From a virus (Duplodnaviria; Caudoviricetes): a stretch of 64,000 nt of DNA. Below the pieces are notes generated by a model. That model saw only the letters and a list, made by a program, of their open reading frames with translations. It ran no database searches and had not been told where the DNA came from. Position numbers and translations under genes: made by a program. Position 1 is the first letter of the stretch. Every line of letters begins with the position of its first letter. Of this stretch, positions 54,731 through 63,566 are shown one piece after another. The stretch covers positions 64,001 through 128,000 of the IMG/VR virus record IMGVR_UViG_3300029288_000081, one strand, 5' to 3'.

Positions 54731-55624
54731 TCATCGAAGCGCACGGCGCCTGCGATTCTTGGCGACGCCCATGCCGCGGCCGCTCTGGTGGAAGCCCATG
54801 AGGAGCGCCTTCTTGTCCGCGGAGGTCATCAGGTGTCCGAACGCGTCGTAGACAGCCTGCGCCGGGATCTTGAGCGACTTGGCCTTCGTGAAGACGCCGT
54901 CCAGTGAGATGACGCGGTTCGTGGCGATGTTCCTGATGACCTTGGGCGTCTCCTCGATGACACCCCAGATGGCCTTGGACGGGTCGCGCGCGTCGAGCAG
55001 GACCAGGCTTCCCTTCTTGGTGCCGCGTGCCAGCCCCCGGGCGCCCACGTGGCCGATCTTGACGTGCTTGAGGCCGTAGGTGAGCTGTGCCGCATCACCG
55101 GCCTCGTCGCCCAGCTTGGACTTGCGAACCATGTGGCCGAACGCCAGGAGAACGTCGCGCGCGTCGATCCCGAGCTTCTGAGCGATCTTCTGGAACTCGG
55201 CGACCGTCTTGAACACGTCGATGTTTGGGCCGGAGATGTGGATCTTGCCGGCGAGCTTGTCTTCGGGGCCCGCGTACTCCGCTGCCTCTGTGCTGCCGAT
55301 CTTGAGGTAGCCCTTCTCGATGATGGGCGCGGCACCGCTGTTACGCTTCACCCCCGCGCGCCCGAACGCCTGCTCGCCAGCCGACGCCGAGATGCCCTCC
55401 TCACGCAAGATACGCGGGAGCTGCGACAGGGAAGGGAACTCGGTCATCCCCGAGCCGCGCACCACGGCGATTCGCCCGCGGAAGACGGGGTTCGAGCCCC
55501 TGTAGGCGGTCGCCTTGAACCCGGGGCCCGAGATGGAACCAGGCCTGATGGTCACGCGACGGCCGGGGCTGGCAGCGGGGTTGCGGCTGGTGCGACGACG
55601 GCTGGTGCGACGACTTCTCGGCAT
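54731..55624 (-). CDS. basic three-repeat protein with Arg-rich tails at both ends
   Basis: MPRSRRTSRRRTSRN...VAKNRRRRALR; three modules ending (G/K)I.A....AFG; TACACT-N6-ATG. Confidence 0.75.
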   Translation of the reverse strand: MPRSRRTSRRRTSRNPAASPGRRVTIRPGSISGPGFKATAYRGSNPVFRGRIAVVRGSGMTEFPSLSQLPRILREEGISASAGEQAFGRAGVKRNSGAAPIIEKGYLKIGSTEAAEYAGPEDKLAGKIHISGPNIDVFKTVAEFQKIAQKLGIDARDVLLAFGHMVRKSKLGDEAGDAAQLTYGLKHVKIGHVGARGLARGTKKGSLVLLDARDPSKAIWGVIEETPKVIRNIATNRVISLDGVFTKAKSLKIPAQAVYDAFGHLMTSADKKALLMGFHQSGRGMGVAKNRRRRALR

Positions 55625-56015
55625 GGCGGGAGTGTAACAGGCGGCGGCTTGGCCGCACCAGGCGGCCGATGCCACGAAGGCCCCCAGATCGGCCACGCCG
55701 GGGAACGCGTGGTTCATGCCGGGCACCAAGGAGAAATGCGCCGGCCCGCCTATCGTCCTTTTCCAAGGGAATGAGTGGCCGCTGGCCGCTCTCGCGGATG
55801 GGAGGACGCCGCCCTGTTCTACCTCTACTTCTCGACCCGCACCTCGCCCTGCTTTCGGAGGCGACGCCACTGACCGCGCCTTCCATCGAAGATCCAGAAA
55901 GTTGTACCGATCTTCGCAACGTCTCCGTGGGTCGGACCCGCGACATCCGAGACCCGTTCGACCGTACCACGGAAGACCATCATCCGAAGCGGAGCGCCGC
56001 TCGTGCGGTACGGGC

Positions 56016-56372
56016 TCACTTGCGCCGCCTCTTCTTCGGCAGCGTGTCCTCGAACCGCTTGTGCTGCGGCCCGTCCGTCTGTACGTCTCGAAACCGTCCG
56101 TCACGGGCCAGCATCCGGAGGCCGAGGTTGTTGCCCTCGTTCAGCTGGTTGATGAGCCAGCCGACACAGGGCTGCTCGGCGCCGACCGGCGAGTCGTGGC
56201 AGGCCATCATGCGCACGCCACCGGGAGCAAGCGTCATCGGATCGCCCGGGTTGGCGATGGTCGAGCTGAGCGCCTCGTGCTTCTTGACGCAGTAGCCGCC
56301 CGGGATGTCCTTCTCGGGACGCACGCCCTTGCGCCAGGGGCACGCCTTGCACTGCTTGGTGCGGACGTTCAC
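56016..56372 (-). CDS. DUF6283-like Cys-rich protein
   Basis: CKACPWR...MACH...CVGWL. Confidence 0.65.
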   Translation of the reverse strand: MNVRTKQCKACPWRKGVRPEKDIPGGYCVKKHEALSSTIANPGDPMTLAPGGVRMMACHDSPVGAEQPCVGWLINQLNEGNNLGLRMLARDGRFRDVQTDGPQHKRFEDTLPKKRRRK

Positions 56373-57094
56373 TTGCGCCTCTTCGTCTTCGTTACGGGGG
56401 CCGCCTCTGGCTGGCGCACGGTCTCGGGGAGCGGTTCGCACTCCTCGTCGAGGCAGTCGGGGCAACCGTGTTCGGTGATGTTGCGCGTGAACCTGCGATT
56501 GCAGGTCGGACAGTTCTGTCCGTTCTCGGTGCCGTTGAACTTCTCGTTGCAGTGCGGGCACTCGCGGACCTGCACGAGATCGTCCTCGTCGTACAGCTCG
56601 TCGCACCCGTCGCACAGGAAGAGGGTCTCGCCCAGCTTCAGCGCCTCGTCGATACGCGCGGTGCGTTCGTTGGCCTCCAGCACCTCACGCTGTGCCACGG
56701 CCTCTGCGCTCTTCTTGCGTTCCGCGGCGATCCTCTTGACCTCCTCGGGCGGCGGAGGGACCCACGCGGGCTTGCCTGGCAGATCTGGCAAGAAGCCTCC
56801 CGGACCGCGCTCGGGCTCCGACCAGAACTGGATGCCGGGGTGCGCCTTGACGAAGTCCGCAGGGCTGCCGCCGGCCCCGTAGGACCACCCCTGACCCTCA
56901 TACAGCTCGCCGTGATGCGAGGAGTTGAAGATGACGTGCGCTGTGACGCTCATCTTCGGGGGCATCGAGTCGTCCCACGACTTGGCCCACTGCACGAGGA
57001 TGAGACCGTAGGCGGGCTGGTGGGGGCGACCGTACTTGTCGGGCGCCCTCCACCAGTAGCGACCCTCGACAGGGGGAACGATGGACATCCACAT
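56369..57094 (-). CDS. Zn-finger hypothetical protein
   Basis: Four CxxC pairs at the C-terminus. Confidence 0.6.
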   Translation of the reverse strand: MWMSIVPPVEGRYWWRAPDKYGRPHQPAYGLILVQWAKSWDDSMPPKMSVTAHVIFNSSHHGELYEGQGWSYGAGGSPADFVKAHPGIQFWSEPERGPGGFLPDLPGKPAWVPPPPEEVKRIAAERKKSAEAVAQREVLEANERTARIDEALKLGETLFLCDGCDELYDEDDLVQVRECPHCNEKFNGTENGQNCPTCNRRFTRNITEHGCPDCLDEECEPLPETVRQPEAAPVTKTKRRK

Positions 57095-57099
57095 GGCGC

Positions 57100-57840
57100 C
57101 TACTCCTCCGTCGGCATCGCGTCCGGGAACAGCTCGCACAGCTCCACGAGGGCGCGATGCGTCTCCTGGCGCGCCGTCTCGGACGCTCGCTTGAAGATGG
57201 AGATGGCCTTGGGCGTCCGCTGTGTGTCCCACTCCAGCGGCCCAGTCATCCTGCTCGCCGCGTGGTAGGCGGTCGCCAGCTGGCCGTTGGCGATCGCCGC
57301 GGTGGATGCCGAGCACGCGCGGCTCAGCAGCTCGATGGCCAGCGCAGGCGACCGAGCATCGCTCCTGCCCTCCCACACGTTCTCGCGCATCATCATCGCG
57401 CGAGCAGCCTCCAGGGCAGCAGAGGCGTCCTCGCACCAGCGAACGCGCACCGGGAAGATCGCGTCTTCCTTGCGCTCCGCGTCGCCGAGGTACTCGCGAG
57501 CGTGCCACACGAGACAGAGAACGGACGACTGGCGATCCTGCGCATCGAACTCGGTGAGCCGCGCGATGTTCCGGACCTTTGCGGTTGCGACGGGCTGAGC
57601 AGACCCGTCCACCAGGGACACCCTGTCACCGAGCTTCGCGCCGTCGTACCTGCGCCACACTCTGATGTCGTCGGGGAGCGCTCCGTCCCGGTCTCGGTGC
57701 CCAGCCTTCGCAACATCGACTGAGGTGCCGTAGACCGTGTCCGCGCCGTAGAAGACGTCGATGACCCTGGCCGGCCCTGCCGGGCGCTTGGGGTCTTCGA
57801 GGCGCACGACCACGAGCCCGTCGTCCTGCGGGCGCGTCAC
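57100..57840 (-). CDS. hypothetical protein
   Basis: GTGA coupling. Confidence 0.6.
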   Translation of the reverse strand: MTRPQDDGLVVVRLEDPKRPAGPARVIDVFYGADTVYGTSVDVAKAGHRDRDGALPDDIRVWRRYDGAKLGDRVSLVDGSAQPVATAKVRNIARLTEFDAQDRQSSVLCLVWHAREYLGDAERKEDAIFPVRVRWCEDASAALEAARAMMMRENVWEGRSDARSPALAIELLSRACSASTAAIANGQLATAYHAASRMTGPLEWDTQRTPKAISIFKRASETARQETHRALVELCELFPDAMPTEE

Positions 57841-58547
57841 GACGCCACCTTCGCGACCTTGCCGAGCTTGCCGTTGATGAGCGCGAACTCGCAGATCTCG
57901 AACCCGTCATCGTCGGTCCCGTCGATGGCGTAGAGGAACCCCGGGTGCTCGCTCATGCCGACGACGAAGCGCCCGTCGATGACCGGCTTGGCCTTGCCGA
58001 CCGACTCCAACCACCCCTTCTGGAGCGGCACGGTCCACTTGTCCGACGAGAAGAGCGCGACGTTCGTGCCCGCGGTGACGTTGCTGTCGGGCACGAAGCA
58101 GACCTCCTGCCCGAAGTCCGCGCGGCTCATGCCGTGCCGGTAGCGGCCGCACGAGACCATCGCGCGCCGAGCGACCTTGAGCATCTCGGCGTGCTCGGCG
58201 TCCCTCTTCTCGACGAGCCCGCAGAACACCTCGCGAACGAGGACGTTCGTGCTGTAGGACGCCCACGCGTCCTTCCAGCCGCCCCACTCTCCGGTCACGT
58301 CGGCACGAGCTGCGACGAGCTTGGGCGCGCCGACCGAGATGAAGGCGATCAGTCCTGCGCACGACCGGCGCAGCATGTTGGGCGCACCGAGCGCCACCGC
58401 GGTACCGAGCCGCTTGCCGTCCTCGACGCCCGAGGGGCAATCGCATTCGATCGAGCCGTCCTCGAAGAGATGCACCTTGTGGTGCGCGTGGCCCTCGTTG
58501 TCGGTGCAGAGGATGCGGGTCTTGGCGATGATCTTCTTGCTCTTCAC
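57837..58547 (-). CDS. hypothetical protein
   Basis: GGAG RBS, GTGA coupling. Confidence 0.6.
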   Translation of the reverse strand: MKSKKIIAKTRILCTDNEGHAHHKVHLFEDGSIECDCPSGVEDGKRLGTAVALGAPNMLRRSCAGLIAFISVGAPKLVAARADVTGEWGGWKDAWASYSTNVLVREVFCGLVEKRDAEHAEMLKVARRAMVSCGRYRHGMSRADFGQEVCFVPDSNVTAGTNVALFSSDKWTVPLQKGWLESVGKAKPVIDGRFVVGMSEHPGFLYAIDGTDDDGFEICEFALINGKLGKVAKVAS

Positions 58548-58828
58548 GTTCGCTCCTTGTCGGCGGTTGTCGCCTCGGCGTTCTTCTGACGATGCTCTTC
58601 GACCATGCGTCGCAGCACGTCCAGGTCCATGGCGCGACCTGCGGTCAACGACTGCACGATGCCGTGCTTGTGTGCGTAGCCCACCAACTGCGTGCGGCCC
58701 TCGCGGCGCTCTGGCTTCAGCTTGTTCATGCTCCCGTAGGGGCAACAGGTGGCGCACACCTCTTTCCCCGTGTCGTCACGGCCGGACGCGTGGCGCACGC
58801 CACAGCACTCGCACAGCTTCTCGGTCAC
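58544..58828 (-). CDS. small Zn-finger protein
   Basis: CECC...CATCC. Confidence 0.5.
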   Translation of the reverse strand: MTEKLCECCGVRHASGRDDTGKEVCATCCPYGSMNKLKPERREGRTQLVGYAHKHGIVQSLTAGRAMDLDVLRRMVEEHRQKNAEATTADKERT

Positions 58829-59310
58829 AGCAGCCCCCTTCGCAGGCTCTTCTCGCCCGAGATGCGCTCGTAGGCGCGCTCGCGCTTGACGAGCTTGGCG
58901 TACGCCTCGATCTGCTCCACGAAGAGCACCGTCGACTGGATCGCCGTATCGCGCGTCGTGTCGTACAGGCCGAGCCCCGACGGCACGGGCACGGACGCGA
59001 CCCCGTCCACGATGATGCTGCGCAGCGCTTCGCACACCCTGACGGCCAGGAGGTACTCCGCGAAGTTCCACTGCCAGCGCGGCTTGATGCGGGCTCCCTG
59101 GACCGCACACGGTGTGAGAGCGGTGGCTGCGTCGAGCTGCACCAGGAGCACCGTCGCCGTCTTCGCGTGGACGGGGTTGAGCTTGAGCAGTTCGAGCACT
59201 GCGATGACGTCGGCGGTCGCCTTGGCGCCTGCTGCCCAGGTCGACGCCGACACCGGGTCGAACGGCATGGGCTCGGAGGGCTTCTTACGGAGGAGGGGGG
59301 CGGGCATCAT
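58825..59310 (-). CDS. hypothetical protein
   Basis: ATGA coupling. Confidence 0.55.
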   Translation of the reverse strand: MMPAPLLRKKPSEPMPFDPVSASTWAAGAKATADVIAVLELLKLNPVHAKTATVLLVQLDAATALTPCAVQGARIKPRWQWNFAEYLLAVRVCEALRSIIVDGVASVPVPSGLGLYDTTRDTAIQSTVLFVEQIEAYAKLVKRERAYERISGEKSLRRGLL

Positions 59311-61799
59311 GCACCTTCCGGGTTGACCACGATCACCCGCGCCCACTCGGGGCACGCAGCGATCGAGCGTTCGTTCGCTTCGATTGCGCAGATGATGACG
59401 CGCACGCCAGGGTCAGCGTCGGGCCATGGGGTCTCGCAGTCGGAGCCCAAGATGATCACGTCCGGTCGAGGGGTCATGTCGTCGAGCGCGGCCGCGATGC
59501 CCACACGCATGTCCGTGCCGCCTCGACCGCGCATCTCGATGGACCGACCGTTGTGGGCCCGCTGCACCCCATGGACGGCCGCGTCGGTCGCGAGGAAGGT
59601 CAGGGCCGCACCGAGGGCCATGCAGACGTCCTCGACCACGCCACGGACGAGCGCGAGGGCACCTTCGCTCATGCTGGCAGACGTGTCGCCGATGAAGATG
59701 ACGTTGGGGACGGGGCGACGCATCGAGGGGAAGACGACGTCGGGGGTCGCCTGCTGACGCCGGGAGGGGCGCTTGTAGTTGTGGGTAACCTTGCCCGAGA
59801 CGTCGTTGATGGCCCACCGGCAGGCGCCCGCAAGCTCCTGGTCCCACGGGATGGTCTCGGGGCGCAGGATCTCTTCTGCCCAGGACACCCACGACCCCGG
59901 CACCGTGCCGCGGCTCTTCTGGGCCTCCTCACGGATGGCCGCGGCGACGCGCCGTTCGATGTCCTTCCAGTCCGCGTCTTCGACGCCTTCGCCGCCGCCG
60001 TTCGCCGGGGACGGGTCTTCCCACGGCTGCTGGACGCCGGTCGCGGCAGAGCCGCACTTGTGCTTGCGGTTGCGCACGGGGTCGTTGCCGCCACCACCGG
60101 GCTTCTTGCCCTTGCGCTGGCCCTGGCCCTCGCTCTGTGCCGAGCCACCGTTGCCGCCGTCCTCGTTGCCGTTGCCGCCGTCGCCGTCCTTGAGCTGCTC
60201 GGCCAGCTCCTCGGCCTTGTCCATCAGGAGCTGGTAGTAGACCTCCATGACGAGACCGTCCTCGAAGCCGAACGTGCTCGGGTACACCGCGCCGCTCGGC
60301 AACGCCTGGATGTCCCGGTGCGTCTTGACCTCCTCGGCGATGTCGTCGTTGATCTCACAGTTGTGGACCTTGATGCCCTCAGCGATGAACGAGTGCTCCT
60401 TGTCACAGGACAGGTTGTAGACGGGCCCGGCGTAGTGGCCGCGAGCGACTTCTCTGATCGGAATCAGGATGCCCTCGTCGCATCGGCGCCACCGGCGATT
60501 CCACGACGCGACCACCTGACCGTTCAGCGTTCGCGGAGAGGTGCGTGGATCCCAGGTCCATCCGACATGGTAGAGCAAGCCTCCACCCTCGACGAAGTAC
60601 CCATCGATCGTGCGATCCTTTTGGACGAGAGTCGCACCCCAAAAGCCGAGTCCGAGACGAGCGAGCAAGAGCCTGACGTGGCACGCCAGACCGCGACTGG
60701 AAGTGTGGACGGCGACGTGATTCGTTCCACCCTTGCCACCTCCGCCCGCTGTGCCGTCGCCGGCCCAGAGACCTTCCAGGTAAGCACGCACGAGCTTGAG
60801 GTCTGCGTGGCGCAAGATGAACTCGGGGCAGTGCTTGTTGTGCGACCCGTCGCCGCACCAGGTCTTCAAGGCGCGGGCGAGCACCGGGCCGCCGATGTTG
60901 ACGCGGGTTCCGTTCTGGACCGTGGGGGTTGCCCTGTTGGTGTAGCTCGCGTCGCAGGCGCCTTCGTAGCCGAGTGAGCGCGCGATGGTAGCGGCGCGGT
61001 CGGCGAGTGCGCGCTCCTTGTCGGTCCCCCCGAGGGAAAGCTGCGCGTAGTCGGTCCCAGATCCTTCGGCCGTGTAGAGCCCGAGCAGCCATGCCGTCTG
61101 CTCGTTCAGTGGGAAGCCGCTCTTGAGGGGGCTCCGGTTCTCGTCGCTGCCGAACGCACTCACGCTGATGACCGTGTCGGTCACGTCGCCGCCGACGTCG
61201 GGGACGAGCATGAAGTCGCCGACACGGGCCTCGCTAGCCTTCGTCCATGCCGGATTCTTGAGCTTGACGGGCGTGAGACCGACCTTGTGTCGCCGGGGAT
61301 AGATCCAGATGGGATGCTCTGGCGTGCTCGTGATCTCGATACCGGCACCACGCAGCGTGACGGTCTCGCCATCCCACTCGCGCACGAGGTTGACACACGC
61401 CGAGTCGCCACCGTTGCCGCCGAGCGTATGGGAACGCGCCGCCTCGATCGGAAGACCGTCTGAAAGAATCGTTCCAACGGGAAAACAGTCGCCCGCGACA
61501 TTCGCAACCTGCATCGTGGCCTCGGTCACCCCGAGCGCGTGGAAGCGGTCGTGGTGCTTGCGCAGCTTGTGGCCGATCTCGTGAAGGCAGACCGTCGCGA
61601 TCTCGTCCACCGTGCAGGCGAGAACGAAGCGGGGGTTGTAGTAGAGGCGCCCCCACTTATCGACGCCCATCGTGGGCACGCCCTCGGACTGGATCGGGAT
61701 CAGCGCGTAGAGCGCATGCGCGAAGTAGGGGCGCAGGAACGCTGCCTTGGCGCGAGCGGCGCGCACATGATCTTCCGCAGCCTGGTTCTTGATAGCCAT
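59307..61799 (-). CDS. DUF2201 metallopeptidase-VWA protein interrupted by an intein
   Basis: TMGVD..LYYNP, LHEIGH..H..R, NVAGD^CEIN, DTSASM MIDAS, GRGGTDM, SDCETPWP. Confidence 0.9.
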   Translation of the reverse strand: MAIKNQAAEDHVRAARAKAAFLRPYFAHALYALIPIQSEGVPTMGVDKWGRLYYNPRFVLACTVDEIATVCLHEIGHKLRKHHDRFHALGVTEATMQVANVAGDCFPVGTILSDGLPIEAARSHTLGGNGGDSACVNLVREWDGETVTLRGAGIEITSTPEHPIWIYPRRHKVGLTPVKLKNPAWTKASEARVGDFMLVPDVGGDVTDTVISVSAFGSDENRSPLKSGFPLNEQTAWLLGLYTAEGSGTDYAQLSLGGTDKERALADRAATIARSLGYEGACDASYTNRATPTVQNGTRVNIGGPVLARALKTWCGDGSHNKHCPEFILRHADLKLVRAYLEGLWAGDGTAGGGGKGGTNHVAVHTSSRGLACHVRLLLARLGLGFWGATLVQKDRTIDGYFVEGGGLLYHVGWTWDPRTSPRTLNGQVVASWNRRWRRCDEGILIPIREVARGHYAGPVYNLSCDKEHSFIAEGIKVHNCEINDDIAEEVKTHRDIQALPSGAVYPSTFGFEDGLVMEVYYQLLMDKAEELAEQLKDGDGGNGNEDGGNGGSAQSEGQGQRKGKKPGGGGNDPVRNRKHKCGSAATGVQQPWEDPSPANGGGEGVEDADWKDIERRVAAAIREEAQKSRGTVPGSWVSWAEEILRPETIPWDQELAGACRWAINDVSGKVTHNYKRPSRRQQATPDVVFPSMRRPVPNVIFIGDTSASMSEGALALVRGVVEDVCMALGAALTFLATDAAVHGVQRAHNGRSIEMRGRGGTDMRVGIAAALDDMTPRPDVIILGSDCETPWPDADPGVRVIICAIEANERSIAACPEWARVIVVNPEGA
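60360..61487 (-). mobile_element. intein with LAGLIDADG homing endonuclease (376 aa)
   Basis: Begins CFPVGT, TPEHP block B, LLGLYTAEGS and GLWAGDG, VYNL..HSF..IKVHN before Cys+1. Confidence 0.92.
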
Positions 61800-61866
61800 C
61801 GTCTCGTCTCCGAGCGCCCGTCTGGGCGCGTCTGTCGAAAGAACCGTAGCGACGGTTCGAGAGGTG

Positions 61867-62346
61867 TCAAGCCGCTGTTGGCTTCGGGTCGCGGAGTCGC
61901 GCGAGGATCTCCTCGCGCTTGCGCTGGCGGAGCTTGTCGAGCGGGTACCGAGCGCGAGAGAGCAGCGTCAGCCGGTCAGCTGGCACGAACTTGTTGAGAC
62001 GCGCTCCGTTGCACGCCGCGCACGGCATGTCCCACCCCCGGCGGGAACCGTCGATCTTCGCGTGCTGGCACCGGAAGCAGCTGCCGAGAGGCTTGATCTC
62101 ATCCGGCTCGATGCCGGCGAACGCGAACAGCACGTTCAGATCTTCGGGAGTCGTCTGCGCCATGCCCGTGGTGGCGAAGGACCACTTACCGGCTCCGTTG
62201 TAGGACATATAGCCGCCGAGGTGATGGCTACGCATCGCACGCAAGAGCTTCCGCAGCGCCGCGAGCCCCTTGGTCAGCTTCGCCCGGTCTTCACGGAGCG
62301 AAGCGACCTGGGTGCGGAGATCGACGATCTGTTCCTTGTCGGCCAT
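61867..62346 (-). CDS. hypothetical protein
   Basis: Coiled-coil start, CFRC...CAAC. Confidence 0.55.
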   Translation of the reverse strand: MADKEQIVDLRTQVASLREDRAKLTKGLAALRKLLRAMRSHHLGGYMSYNGAGKWSFATTGMAQTTPEDLNVLFAFAGIEPDEIKPLGSCFRCQHAKIDGSRRGWDMPCAACNGARLNKFVPADRLTLLSRARYPLDKLRQRKREEILARLRDPKPTAA

Positions 62347-62348
62347 CG

Positions 62349-63476
62349 TCAGCGCTTGGCCGAGAAGTCGATGCCGGCGCGTTCCAGGATCGGCAGGATC
62401 TCGTCCAGCTCCTCCGGAAGGTTCCGCTCGACTCCCTTGGGCATGTTGTTCGCCAGGACGCGCGTCGCCGGGATGGCGATGTCGCCCTTGGTCTTGAGGA
62501 CGCGACCGATCACCTGCCAGCCGCGGTAGTAGCGCTCGATGCGCACCTTCTCGGTCTTGGAGCTGTCGAGGGCAGCCGCAGCGACCGAGTCGAGGGTCGC
62601 CATGATCTGATCCTGGCGCGTCGGAAGCGGCACGCCCGTCGGGTTCGCGAGGTACTCCTCCGGGTCGCGGAGGTCCAGGTCGGTGAACCACTTGGTGAAC
62701 TCGACCGTCGCACCCTCGCCGACGCAGCCCTTGATGAGCAAGCGCGCGACCGGCGACTTCTTGCCGTGTCCGCACGACTCGGCCGCGGTCAGAAGGTCGG
62801 AGACACGCGACCACATGCGCGGGGACGGCCACGCCTGTCCCTGCTCCTTCGCCGACTTGGGGAGCGCGAGCAGAAGCTCGGGGCGCCGCTGGATGAACGC
62901 TGCGAGCAGACCGCGGTTCGCCGCCGCGTTGTCGCGCCAGTTCTTGGGGAGGATCGCGATCTCGGGGCTCGGCCAGCCCGAGATCATGCCCTCGCACCAG
63001 TCGGCGGGCGGGAGCGGCCAGTCGATGTGCGTCCAGCGGTTCGAGATGGCGGCGGTCAGATCGTAGCCGCCCTGGACCATCGAGGCCGGATTGCCGGCGG
63101 CGACGTGCGACGTCTGCGCGGGGAGCTTCATGTCGCCCGCGTAGCCACCGTGGATGACGCGGAGGGCAGAGGACTGAGTGGTCGGCGGGGCGGTGTTGAA
63201 CTCGTCCCAGAACACGACCCCGTGCCCCTTCTCCTTCAGCTCGAACGCCCAGAGCGGCGGGTGCATCGAGACACCGTCGGGCCTCACCACGGGCAACCCG
63301 CCCTGGTCGGACGGCTCGCGAATGGACAGGATGACGGTCCAGATCGGCTCGTTGAGCGCCGGAGCGATCTCTTCGAGGCAGACGGACTTTCCCACACCCG
63401 GTGCGCCCCAGAGGAACACCGGGACGCGAGCCTGGATGCAGATCTGGGCGGCGAGCATGTGGTCTTGCACGGTCAT
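62349..63476 (-). CDS. MoxR-like AAA+ ATPase (partner of DUF2201-VWA)
   Basis: GAPGVGKS, FWDEFN, AAGN, AISNR, SPRMW. Confidence 0.9.
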   Translation of the reverse strand: MTVQDHMLAAQICIQARVPVFLWGAPGVGKSVCLEEIAPALNEPIWTVILSIREPSDQGGLPVVRPDGVSMHPPLWAFELKEKGHGVVFWDEFNTAPPTTQSSALRVIHGGYAGDMKLPAQTSHVAAGNPASMVQGGYDLTAAISNRWTHIDWPLPPADWCEGMISGWPSPEIAILPKNWRDNAAANRGLLAAFIQRRPELLLALPKSAKEQGQAWPSPRMWSRVSDLLTAAESCGHGKKSPVARLLIKGCVGEGATVEFTKWFTDLDLRDPEEYLANPTGVPLPTRQDQIMATLDSVAAAALDSSKTEKVRIERYYRGWQVIGRVLKTKGDIAIPATRVLANNMPKGVERNLPEELDEILPILERAGIDFSAKR

Positions 63477-63528
63477 GGTCTTCGTTCTCTTTCTGGGCGC
63501 CGTGAAGAGCGCCTCGGGGGTCACAGCA

Positions 63529-63566
63529 GCCTAGCCATCAGGGGCTAGGTGTCAACAACTTTCGAC
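63529..63566 (-). promoter_or_regulatory. sigma70-type promoter with upstream GTCGAAAG box
   Basis: GTCGAAAG-TTG-TTGACA-N16-TAGGCT on the minus strand. Confidence 0.75.
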
